Positions 1 through 11,625 of a stretch of 64,000 nucleotides of DNA are shown here, in pieces. The notes beneath the pieces are model-generated. The model did no database searches. It saw only the letters and a program-made list of their open reading frames with translations, and was not told the DNA's origin. Source of the stretch: Trichoplax adhaerens (taxonomy: Eukaryota; Animalia; Placozoa). The stretch is taken from positions 7,908,041 through 7,972,040 of the forward strand of contig NW_002060946.1 in the NCBI RefSeq assembly GCF_000150275.1, in the 5' to 3' direction. The position numbers and the translations under genes are program-made. Position 1 is the stretch's first letter. Each line of letters starts with the position of its first letter.

Positions 1-1482
1 ACAGAATTTGCTCGGAACATAGAGACTTTCCATTTTTATTTAAGGTTTTTATCACGTCTTTATCGGTGATACGGGATCAATGTTATGAAAAAGCCCTTAT
101 TTATAAACTCTACCAATAATTTCTTAATTAATGCTATAAATTGCACTTGAAGATGACTTGAGAGAGAATGATAATATATTAGCTCTATTAATAGTATGCT
201 TTACAACCTTAAATTTCATAAAATTTTAAAATTACCGTTGCCAAACTAAGATATTACTGTATAGACGAAAACCTTTAAAAAATGATAATTTCATATTGGT
301 GGTGGAACAAATTAGACATATACCATCTCAGATGAAGCCGAGTCTCATTTCTAAATTGCTATAACTACGATAAATTTATCAAATGCTATTAATTCTTGAG
401 TTATTGATAATAAAAATGTATTCTTCAATATATCTCATAATAGAATGGATAAATGAGTAAAGGTTGCCGTTATGTATTCTTAGTCAATATGGTACCTATT
501 AGAATCGTTGTCTCACTTTAGGATTGCCTTAATTGAGTTCTTCTATATTTTTATTTAAGTCTACTTAAAATCGTAAAAGTGAAATTTTTTCACTGTTATC
601 CTTTCAGATTACCATTCAACTATGTAACTTAATTAGCACTTTTCTTAAATTACCAAATATTATTGTGTGGAAACTGAAAATAGTCATCAATTTTTCTACT
701 ATTCTATTCTTTGAATAAATTGTAATTTAATATTAGTATATTACTACCTATCGTAGTAAAGAGTAATAAAAGTACGTTATTATAATTGTATTGAAAAAAT
801 TTGTACGTTTCCTAAATTTATTTCATTCCTCTTTCCTTTTCATTTATTTCAGGTATATAAAATATATTCACATTTATTAATGATGCCGACTTGCTACAGC
901 GTAACGTTTTAGATTTATTCATAGATTAAAAATGATGGAACTAAATAGATAGCCGTGATAAGGAATAGTAGCTACAATAACAGCCTTCTATAATTTACTG
1001 CAGTATATCGCTAATTTATGACTTTCTCGTTACATACAATAATATTATTTCAATTATTCAATTTTTTTACATCTATCATATTTCTTACTAAGTAAATAGC
1101 TCGATCAAGAAACTGATTATATATATTAGCTATCATTGCTATTAAATTGATTACTAAATAATGATATTTCACTTTATTAATTCGGTAATTCTTGTATAAA
1201 TTGATAATCTAATAATAATATCATCGATCTTTTCAATTTTTCTTCTCCTTAAGACGGAAATTGCTCCAATCTTTACCTATTACAATGTACTGGAAAGAAA
1301 GGGTAATAATTCATAATCCGATTACCTTCATGTCAAGCTACATCATCAGCCTTAAAACTCTCCTTGAAAAAGACTAATAAATTTCAATCTAAAGATTTTC
1401 ATTAAATAGTCGTTCTCACATAACCTCATAACTAAACTATTTCTAGTTGTATCGTTTAAAGTACTGAAGTCTTTTCATTAAA

Positions 1483-2559
1483 ATGAACAGGTCTTGCAAT
1501 GATGACAACCTTACGGCACCAATATCTTATGCTGTTACTCTGGGTGTCGCCTACGGTGTTATATTTGTATTTGCGGTTATAGGTAATCTCAGTTTAGCCA
1601 TCGGGATTATTCAAAACTGGAGTAAAATGAAAACACTAATGAATGTGTTAGTGGTCAATTTAGCTATATGCGATTTGGGATTAGCCATTATTGGCATGCC
1701 TTTTACTGCAGTTCATGATATTTACTTATACAATCCCCTTGGCGCTGGATTCTGTTTTGTATGGTTAATCGCTATGGTTGCATTTTGGTCAGCTAATATG
1801 ATAACAGTAACGGGAATTGCTATTGAGCGTTTTGTTAAAATTATTCACCCGGAAAAAGCCAAGCTACAAGCCAAAGGTGGTATTATCTTGGTAATCATAT
1901 GTTGGATTATATCATTCGGCATGGCTATTCCATACGCACTTGATATTGTTAATCATTATGATAATCGCCAAGATCGTATTATATGCTATAATATCCAATC
2001 CAATTTGATTGGTCGTCGGGCATTCATCATCTTTGTATTTGTGTTCTTTTTTATCGTACCCGTTTTGGTCAATATCATGCTCTATTCCATGATTGTCTAT
2101 TTCATCTATTCTAAAGCAAATGAATTAAGATCTAGAAGTGAGAATCTGCGCAAAAGAAATAGTAAAGTAGTTACAATGTTAATGATGGTTGTGGCGTTAT
2201 TTATATTATGCTGGTTTCCATTTCATTTATCACAATTATTACTGAAATTCGAGCCACAAACTTTGTGCCCATTAAGTGGTCGAATTTTTATTGCCATTTG
2301 TAATTGGCTAGCGTTATCTCATTGTATGGTTAACCCTATCATATTTGCTTCTCGGAGCGAAATTTATGGTAAGGTAATGGCGGGTGTTTGTAAACGTGGA
2401 AAGAACCGAATTCATATTTCGCCATCTGTACTCAATACTGATACGCACTCTGCTGCTGCTAATAAACAAACCATTAGAAAATATAGCCTTAATGACGATC
2501 GAAAAAATCGAATACAACCTGTGAAGTTGCGTCGTTCCGCAACTGTACAGAAATTTTAA
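1483..2559 (+). CDS. Intronless class A (rhodopsin-like) GPCR, neuropeptide-receptor-like, 358 aa
   Basis: Seven hydrophobic segments with GN (TM1), LAxxD (NLAICD), ERF at the DRY position, W4.50 (ICWII), CWFP (TM6) and NPIIF (TM7); N-terminal NRS sequon. Confidence 0.93.
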   Translation: MNRSCNDDNLTAPISYAVTLGVAYGVIFVFAVIGNLSLAIGIIQNWSKMKTLMNVLVVNLAICDLGLAIIGMPFTAVHDIYLYNPLGAGFCFVWLIAMVAFWSANMITVTGIAIERFVKIIHPEKAKLQAKGGIILVIICWIISFGMAIPYALDIVNHYDNRQDRIICYNIQSNLIGRRAFIIFVFVFFFIVPVLVNIMLYSMIVYFIYSKANELRSRSENLRKRNSKVVTMLMMVVALFILCWFPFHLSQLLLKFEPQTLCPLSGRIFIAICNWLALSHCMVNPIIFASRSEIYGKVMAGVCKRGKNRIHISPSVLNTDTHSAAANKQTIRKYSLNDDRKNRIQPVKLRRSATVQKF

Positions 2560-5037
2560 TCACTGGCTAGACTGATAGCTTATTACTTTTTTTATCGGTA
2601 TTAAGTACTTCATACAACAATCTGCGCACGGTATTTAGTGTTACTAAATTAAAATTGAAGCTTGTTTGAGACAGAATTTAGCTGACTTTTTATTCATTCG
2701 CTTTAATTATAATACATTTTAACTAGGCTAGAGGATTACAATTCGTATCTGAGTATAGTTTACTTGCTTGATCATCTACTCTTATTCACCTTGAACTGGC
2801 AAAGATAATGTAAATAATGATCACCTTATTTGTTATTGAGTAATATATAATTATCCTTGACTCATCGTTATATCGATCGATGCATAAAATTGAACCCTTT
2901 GCCAATTGGATAGACCTCTCTTTAGAGCAGTCTTTTGTTAAATGGAGGTTACCCAAAAATTACTACCGCTATTACAACTGCACATACGTCGAGATTTTTC
3001 TCATTGATTAGCACTTCCTGAAGTAGTTAGAAGGAAGCAAAGGTGTAGAATATGTATACTTACAGCATTGAATTGAATTAATTAGTAAGACTTCTAATTA
3101 ATTTTGATGGATAGCATAAATATGATCGATGTCATATTTATATATTTAATTGCAAAATTATACGTTGTGTGGTCCAATATAGGTAAGCAAAGAAGTTTTA
3201 TGTTGCGATTCTTACAAATCACTTAATTTATCAGTGAGGCAATGTCTGTTCATGTTTTCTATTTGCAAGATAGATTTGGTAACATTTCCTAGTCTTGATT
3301 ATTATTTAGTAACCCATAGCTCATATCATAGCTTTGGGTTATACTGTCCCTGGGATACTCAAAACTTAAAAATTTTACTATTTTGTAGCTCTTGTATCCG
3401 TTACAGATTGAAAACTTATTGATTGCGATATCATACGCAGTATCTGAATAATACTTTCTGTTACCAATACTTCCAAATCTGCATATACTGTATAAATTCG
3501 TAATTTTTAACAATTTTTTTTGAACTCTATGTTATTTAAATTAAATCTATGACTTTGTAATTTACTCGATATGTAACTCTAATAAGTTTTTACACTGGTA
3601 CAATATCCAATAACTTACGATAGCAGATTTTGCTATTCTTACACAATGGATATCATGAAATTGCTATTTTGTCAAGAGAACTGTAAATAGCCTTGATTCC
3701 TTGCATACATTGTAATTCACTTACGATTAATAGGTAATTTACAATTGTAATCTCTAACAAACTATAATGAGCTTGAGAAAGTTAATGCGATGTTTTCATT
3801 GTGTGCGAGATGATCAAAAGCGCACTTAAGCTACCTGCAATAAACTCATCATAAAAAAATAAAGTAAATTCTATTTGCTATTTTATTCTCAAGGCGCATC
3901 TTCTCATATACTCTTCTTAGGATATAATCGCTTAAGAAAGTACCGTACTATAAGTTAATTTTTAATGCTGATTATACGTTCTGTAATGTTTGTGATTATA
4001 TTTATAACTGAGTATTTATTTATAAAATACAGTTAAGGTATTAGGACATGCTTTAGAGCAGTAGTTATAGTCGTATCCAAGACAACAAGAAAACGTATTA
4101 TTTTTATTTCTCATTTAAACTATAACTATATGCTAGACCTATTCGTGATCGATATATCGAGAGTGAAATCAGGATAGGCTATACTCCGTGTCAATTTTCT
4201 TCTACCAGTTCGATCTTAAAGCCAAAGTAATAATTTTACTTTGTGATCATCCATAACTGAGAGTCAATTATAGAACCTTCTATGCTAATGGACAAGGAAC
4301 TGTACAAAATCTACTTCACAAGCGAAAAAGGAAAAGACGTATAAAATAAAATTAATCATGTAATTAAGCCATGGCAGGGTGTTGGAAAATTTAGACTTTC
4401 CACCATACTTTCTTGCCTTGCAGTACAGACGGACGCTAAGCCTAGATGATATTATTGCTACTCATAAATAAATAAATACTTATTCGTTATACTTTTTGTA
4501 TACTAAAGTCTACCGTGGAATAAGCATTTGTCGAACTCTATGGTAGCACTTGGTCCTATACTGCTTTCTATCTGATATTTTCAGTGCCTACTTATTCATC
4601 GCCAAAATTTGATATCAAACGTAGTCCAAATTATTTGCATTCTCCGATATACTATATGTCCGTAAGAATATTGAGTCATAGCTAATGTAATCTACTACAG
4701 TTCTTCTTAGTATTGGATACAATGCTGTACGATATTATCAAGAAGAAGCTATAGCAATTGTACTTATCACCTTGTCTATTGGAGGACTTATGAAAGCCAA
4801 GCTAATTCACCTGTAATTGCTCAGGAAAACATCTGAGACTTCGCCTAAAGTAGTTTTCGAATTGTAGGAAGCTTTCTAACTAATCTCGCTAGCCAAGTAT
4901 TCCTTTAAATGGATCATGTAGTAGTGGTCAAGTTACTTAAATCAACACTCTAGTTATTACAAATTTCCGTTCTTTCATGATCAGTAGCTGTTTAAAAATT
5001 AAAATTGCTTGAACATCCGTTCATTCATCTGTCATCG

Positions 5038-7133
5038 ATGTACCTGTCCTTGCTCAAGCGAGTTGCCTTTAGCAGAGGATTGACCAAAATCTATACAAGA
5101 ACGTTTATGTTGATGAGCCTTGCATCATGTTTAAATACGCATAGTAGATTAGCAACTAACGTTCGGGAAATATCACATTTAAACATGTCAGATAATACCG
5201 AATCCATCAAACCAGACACTAACGATGATGATATCATCCCTTTGGATAGTACGATCTTGTCAACGGCTAGTGAACATGGAAGTTCGCAATCGAAGACGAA
5301 GCGAATTGATGAAGTTTCACTGTCAACAAATGGTTCGACGATGTCATCGTTGCCTCTTACCTTCGCCAGCGATGCTCGTAACAGCGAAATTTTAATTACA
5401 CAAGACCAGTCAAACATGATCGAAACGGTCACAGAGACTGATCTAAGTTGCCCTGCTGAAGTACCATTCTCGCAAGAATTACTTTACATGGCTGCAGGTA
5501 AGTACAGTAATTTTTACAGTTTGTATTTTATCGAGAGTATGACGGTCATCCAAGACAGAGGCTGCAATATGGAGTCGCGTTCATGTTCCAAGAATTTTTT
5601 TCTAAACTTGCAATATTATATAGTGTCATAAAACAGCTTTCGTGATCGTTCCTGAACTAAACTATCTACTCTTAAAGGTTCCCCGACTAACTCCGGAGAT
5701 CCTCAGTAAAGGAAAACTAGCTTATTCCTATACTATAGAAAACGATGCCATGGTGGCCATTTGCACTGTAGATTATGTTACAGCATGCATATTAATAGTT
5801 TAGGTGTAAAGGAAACACTCGAACAGATTGATATATTGTATGAATTCTCTGCATGATAGCCGAGTAGTATTGGATGTGTAGTTTGTTACTGCATATCAGC
5901 CAACTCACTCTGACTAAGAACGCTTCCTTAGCGATAGACAGAGAAGATATTATTTATAGCTGCTTTTATATTTACTTTCATAGCTGGAAATTTATTATTT
6001 GTTGTCGGCAATACTAGTAAATTGCGATTCTTCTCAAAATATTTATGATCTTACTTACTGTACTTTAACGCATTAGCTTTACATGAGGATCAAGGCTTGG
6101 TGTGCGATGAACCGAATGTGTCAGCAGAACATGGCGACAAGACGTCAAAGAGAAGGAAAAGAAAAAAAGCGAAACGCGAACAACCCAATTACTTTATTTC
6201 TTTAAGACTGTATAATCGTAATATTCGTCAAGAACTCTCCAAAATTCAGGGGGAAATGATAGCTCAGGATGAACGACTAAAGTTCGCTGCTGTATCTCCG
6301 GCTAAAATTCATATCACCCTTTTTGTAATGGCTTTAAATACAGACGAAGAAATTACCAAGTTAGTTGTATTACGCGTGGCGATGTCTTAAAATTATGATT
6401 AGTAATCTGCTAATATCGCTATAGTCGATGATTGATCGGATCAAAGAATTGACCAGTCGATTTTGATAGCGTTCTAGCAGCATTAGTGGCGTAATATCTA
6501 TGAAAGCGGCATTAGCAATTGTAAAGGAACTTGATCAAAACAATTCTTCTTTTACAGAGCGGAAGTTGCCTTGAAAAGTGTAGAGATGGAATTGCAGGAA
6601 TACGTATCACAACGTGAACAATCTTCTTCAATATCAATTGAAAGCATTTCACATTTCAATCAAGGAGTTGTTTTTGCCCAAGTCAAAGATGACGTAGGAT
6701 TCGACATGCTTAAAACGATTCGAGGTAGATTAACTTTCAAATTTGATATTATTAATACGCACCTGTAAATAGGAGGTTATATTTCGATTTGTGCAGTTTT
6801 CAGGTACACCGCTGTGAATTTCTCCACGAGTTGTAACTCATTCTAATTGTGAAATATCTTTCTATAGCTAAAGTGCATAAACTATTCCTGGAAAAGAACC
6901 TAGCAAATTGTGATAGCAAACCGTTCAAACCCCATGTTACTATCTTCAAATTATCTAAAAATCCCAAGAAACTGAAGAAATTAGGTATAGCTAAATTAGA
7001 CCCAAAAACTTACGAAAGCTGGAAAGATCATCATTTCGGAATTGAAAAAATGCGAGGTCTTCAATTATGTTCTATGCTTTTACCACCTGAAAATGACGGT
7101 TTCTATCGATGTATAAGTACTATTGATTTTTAA
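5038..7133 (+). CDS. AKAP7: AKAP7 (AKAP18 gamma/delta)-type 2H phosphoesterase (2',5'-phosphodiesterase fold); exons 5038-5497, 6077-6359, 6558-6724, 6868-7133
   Basis: Basic NLS (KRRKRKKAKR) followed by QPNYFISL, two HxT motifs (HITLFVM; FKPHVTIFKLSK) and HHFG...LCSML...GFY, matching the AKAP7 central domain. GT-AG junctions join in phase (1, 2, 1). The first ATG is at 5038; the ORF-track start at 5005 is TTG. Confidence 0.88.
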
Positions 7134-8659
7134 TCATCCTCCTTTTAATTAGTTCCATATTGGTAATCGTGCACATTTTTAAAGATCTTTCAGAATAATA
7201 TTAAGTTCAAGTACAACATGTTAACATACTTATGTTATGTAATGTATATAGCTATTTGGTTATCGCGAACATTACTTTAAAGTCTACCATTTTATCGTTG
7301 AAATTAATAATAAATTATCGTTACTCTGTACACACTCAGGTACTGCTATATCCAGCCAAGTCGTCAAATACGAGTCTCAAGAGTGCTTTCTTATATGATA
7401 AAAGTAATTGATAGCATTCATTTTATGCTGTTACCTAATTTAATCCAATACGATTGCAATCAGTCGCATACTTTTCTAATCTGCTTTCACTAAATTTGTG
7501 AAATCAGTAAGTTTGTTGCCCTTAATAATTCACTTAACTGGGAATATACCATCATTATGATATATTTTAAGTTAAGTTAAGGCAATCCATTTCAGCTACA
7601 AGTTGCATATAAAACTATAAAATGTATTATAGACTGATAGAGATACTTCACTTAGGACAAGAGTTTTCAACTGTTTAATTGTGTGTACTCGGGTATAAAG
7701 TATTTGTATTGTTTTGGTTGAAATCCGTACTAATCTAGCTAGCCCAACATTTAATAATTGCAAGATCCTAAACATTGCAGATAGACTTTAAAAGAGTAAC
7801 TCTTGAAAGTATTCCTTTATTCTTAAAATAATTTGCTGTTTGCTAGCATTCAGTATTTCTTGCTTTGCATACATTACGTATTGTGACAAATGATAGTCAA
7901 TTTCCTTGTTTATCATTTTCTGTCGTATATTACCTTACTGTACGAGAATACCACCATTCCATCATCATGCGCCTTACTAGCAAAGGATACATTGCAAACC
8001 ATAGCATAAAATGATAGTATGACCGAGTAATTAAAATAGTGAGTGTAATACAAACTCTATAAATTGATTTCATATTAGAATGAGAAATTATTTGAAAAAT
8101 ACGAGTCAAAGAGGAATATTTTATAAATTTTGAAGAAGATTTACGCTACCCGCGACTGTCTATAACAAGCCCTAGATCAAGCAAACGTTGTTTAAATTTC
8201 AACACAGACTTACATCAGGTAGGTTTAGACAAGATCAAATAAATAGTAATATGCTTTAATCAGGTATGCCCTTGTTAATGTAAAAGATAATATGAATTAC
8301 TATAAGGTTCATTTTTGTGATGGTGATTTCTCCACAGTGTAGAAATAATTTAAAAGTAAAGTGTGTAAACGAGAAATTAAATCGTTATGCCTTCAATTCT
8401 ACCACAAGCATAGACTAACATACGTATATTCAATATCAGCAGTAGTCCATTTTTTGTCTGCTTTCTACTGGTATTGCATATCAGGTTGTAAATTGATTGA
8501 ATTCAGTTAATGCCGAGTATTATCATCCGAAAGTATACTTTTAAAGCGTACACAACATATGCAATGGACATCAATGGCAAATTCAAATGAGCTCAGGTCA
8601 TACACATATCCAGTTTACTACTCGTATAAAGTAGAATAATGGCATCAATACAACGTAGG

Positions 8660-9625
8660 CTAAAACGGAAGATTAGCTCTGGTAAAGGATGCATTTGCTA
8701 ATCTAGCTCGATCGTAGACGAATAATCCAACACAAATAATACATACAGTTATGATAGAAAACCATGACATGGCGTAGCCAAAGATAATCCAAGCAATCAA
8801 CGTTGTCATGGATAATTTAATAATCTGAATGAACTGAGTTGATATTCGAGATGATTGAAAGAAAGTGATGAAGTGGAGGAGAATCCAGGCAAAGATTAAT
8901 GTTGCATTCAATATTACTAAGACAGTATAAGATAGGCTGATAACGCTTGATAACTTCCATACAATATTGTATTCAAAGAGGATACAATAAACCAAGACGA
9001 TGCCACAACTAATACGCGTGGTTGCATGAAGTAAGACCAACGAATCGAGCATGACTTGATGAGCTAAAGCATTCAATAAAATCAAGCCAACACTGCTGAA
9101 GACCACGTAGAGCGCAGTGAATAGAAAGGATGAAAATGAAATTGTTTCTTGACTAATAAAGCATAAAATGACACCAGCCATAATGATACCATAGGCAACG
9201 TACATGATCGGACTGATACTAGGTGCTCCTTTAATTTGGCGTAGTAGTATGGTGATCAATGGTATCAATGATGCAAAAGCTTCAATAAATTGTACATTGG
9301 CTACCGACAAGGCCAAATATAAGGTAGCACAAATTTGCGCTTGAACAACAGCGTAAGTTAATATCTGATTATTCACCTTAGAAGGCCAATTGAATTCACT
9401 GTCTAAGGATTTACTACTATAAAACTGGCCAAATTTACTATAGCATAGCATCACATAGGAAGCCAAACTTACTACAGTTAGTAATACAAAAGTATTAAAA
9501 AACGGATAGTGATTGGATGTAATATGCATTAGCCATTTACTGGTGTTGATAAATACAACATGGATAAAGACGGATAGCGCCAAGGAGACTTTGGGGCTGT
9601 GCTCTAAAGTAGTTAAGCGTTGCAT
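8660..9625 (-). CDS. SLC35/triose-phosphate-transporter family membrane protein (SLC35E4-like), intronless, 321 aa
   Basis: About 9-10 hydrophobic segments; motifs SKWL...YPF, SLIPLIT, LDSLVLLHAT and WIIFG...GLFVY resemble SLC35E-type nucleotide-sugar transporters. An in-frame stop 4 codons upstream fixes the ATG. Confidence 0.78.
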   Translation of the reverse strand: MQRLTTLEHSPKVSLALSVFIHVVFINTSKWLMHITSNHYPFFNTFVLLTVVSLASYVMLCYSKFGQFYSSKSLDSEFNWPSKVNNQILTYAVVQAQICATLYLALSVANVQFIEAFASLIPLITILLRQIKGAPSISPIMYVAYGIIMAGVILCFISQETISFSSFLFTALYVVFSSVGLILLNALAHQVMLDSLVLLHATTRISCGIVLVYCILFEYNIVWKLSSVISLSYTVLVILNATLIFAWILLHFITFFQSSRISTQFIQIIKLSMTTLIAWIIFGYAMSWFSIITVCIICVGLFVYDRARLANASFTRANLPF

Positions 9626-10089
9626 GATGAAGGTTTACAACCGACTATTGAAGATGGAGAGGAAAAGATTAACAAGACACATAAAGTAATGAATCCAACA
9701 TCCACAAAAAAGATATTGATTTTGAATAAGAAGCAACAATGAATGAATGCTGAAGAGAGAGATTGAAAGTTGGCAATCAAAACAATCAATCCTTTGATTC
9801 TATACCAAGTTGCAACTGTATTGGAATCTATCGACACTGATCACTCCTATCGTTGGATGACTTCAAGAGAATGGCGCAACCTTATCGTCTTTTAAAAGAC
9901 AGAGAGCATTGGCTTAAAGTAATCGTTTGCTAGTAGTGGATTTTAGCCAATATTGTTGGAGTGAGTTCTGAGCCAGCACGAAGAGGGGCCACAGCAAATC
10001 AATCGACTCCAATCAATCAAATCTGTTGCATCGGATCGATGCCACGCAAGACGGAAACAGCAGTGCCACTGCCCATTTTGCTTCCAGCC

Positions 10090-10362
10090 TCAGTACCGTG
10101 CATACTTTACGGTACCGAGTAGTCTGTCTGTCTGTCTGTATGATGGGTCTCACTTCAGCTTCCAGTCGAGTACAGTACATTGTACGCCCAGTGTACACTG
10201 TACAGTGTACAAAACTTCCAGTCTGTACTGTACGGTAAATCATACAATGAAAAAAAAAAATGATGTTGTTTTGGACTAACATTGAATGTTTGTACATTTA
10301 ACAAATGTACATTTTGTTGTACAGTACTGTACTAACATCATTTGTCATTGGAGTACTGTACA
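10090..10362. promoter_or_regulatory. Putative promoter region of the SLC35 gene, rich in TACAGTA/TACTGTA/TACGGTA motifs
   Basis: Lies between divergent genes. Examples: gagTACAGTAcattg, tgTACTGTACGGTAaat, ttgTACAGTACTGTActaac, gagTACTGTAcagg. Confidence 0.55.
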
Positions 10363-10427
10363 GGTAAAAGGAAAGAAAATGTTTTAAGGTTCAACTGGCA
10401 CTATGCTAACGTTAATGTCAGTCTATT

Positions 10428-11458
10428 ATGCCAACGATGAGTATCAGACATGAGCCATAGAGCATTGAGCAGGCGTACTACCGGCATGACGGTGACAGTA
10501 CACTCGTGTCAGACTACCTCAAAGCAGTACAATACACAGAGCGCAGTGACGTTACTTACTCTACTCTACTATGCCAACGATGAGTATGAGACATGGGCCA
10601 TTGAGCATTGAGCAGGCGTACTACCGGCATGACGGTCACAGTACACTAGTGTCAGACTACCTCAAAGCAGTACAATACACAGAGTGCAGTGACGTTACTT
10701 ACTCTACTCTACAGTCTCTACTATGCCAACGATGAGTACAGTATGAGACATGATCCATTGAGCATTGAGCAGGCGTACTACCGCCATGACGGTCATAGTA
10801 CACTAGCGTCAGACTACCTCAAAGCAGTACAATACACTGATTGCAGTGACGTTACTTACTGTACTCTACAGTCTCTACTATGCCAACGATGAGTACAGTA
10901 TGAGGCATGAACATTTGAGCATTGAGCAGGCGTACTACCGGCATGACGTTGACAGTACACTCGTGTCAGACTACCTCAAAGCAGTACAATAGACATAGTG
11001 CAGTGGCGTTACTTACTCTACTCTACTATGCCAACGATGAGTATGAGACATGGGCCATTGAGCATTGAGCAGGCGTACTACCGGCATGACGGTCACAGTA
11101 CAGTACTGTACACTAGTGTCAGACTACCTCAAAGCACTACAATACAGTACACAGAGTACAGTACGTACTGTACAGTGACGTTACTTACTGTACTGTAGTC
11201 TACTCTACAGTACTGTAACTACAGTATGCCAACGATGAGTATGAGACATGAGCCATGGAGCATTGAGCAGGCGTACTACCGCCATGACGGTCATAGTACA
11301 CTAGCGTCAGACTACCTCAAAGCAGTACAATACACAGAGTGCAGTGACGTTACTTACTGTCCTCTACTATGCCAACGATGAGTATGAGACATGAGCCATG
11401 GAGCATTGAGCAGGCGTACTACCGCCATGACGGTGACAGTACAGTAGGGTCAGACTAC
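10428..11458 (+). repeat. Tandem array of 7 units of a 143-bp base repeat (last unit truncated)
   Basis: ATGCCAACGATGAG recurs at 10428, 10571, 10723, 10880, 11028, 11226 and 11369 (spacings 143, 152, 157, 148, 198, 143). The core GAGCATTGAGCAGGCGTACTACCG..CATGACG..GTCAGACTAC is conserved. Confidence 0.97.
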
Positions 11459-11625
11459 TCATCTGTCTCTACTGTACGTCTCTACCTCTGCTTTGTTGAA
11501 CGACATCGAGTCTTGAAGCACTTTGGCCATTGGTGTGCAGCTGCAATCTTCGCCATCGTTAAAGCCTTTTCCACTTATTTCCTACTTGATACTGATTTGA
11601 CGTCGACTATCTTCTGACTATCCCA

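Noticed and set aside
9613-9837. Hydrophobic ORF overlapping the SLC35 start (uORF or frameshifted N-terminus)
   Set aside because: It starts at GTG right after a stop, contains no ATG and shows no recognisable homology; probably 5' UTR.
10013-10297. ORFs rich in V/Q/Y/C/T here and at 30449-30743
   Set aside because: These are translations of TACAG/TACTG pentamer runs, which lack stop codons.
10513-10522. ACTACCTCA in the repeat units equals a let-7 seed match (let-7 5' end on the minus strand)
   Set aside because: The match stops after 9 nt, no precursor hairpin is evident, it is not in a 3' UTR, and it is one chance event multiplied by tandem duplication.
10428-11458. CRISPR-like array
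   Set aside because: Whole units are repeated with no unique spacers, there are no cas genes, and the context is eukaryotic.
10689-11617. Repeat-derived ORFs (MPTMSMRH..SIEQAYYRHDG) as a peptide precursor
   Set aside because: The unit length 143 and the +5 insertions break frame, and there is no signal peptide or dibasic cleavage site.
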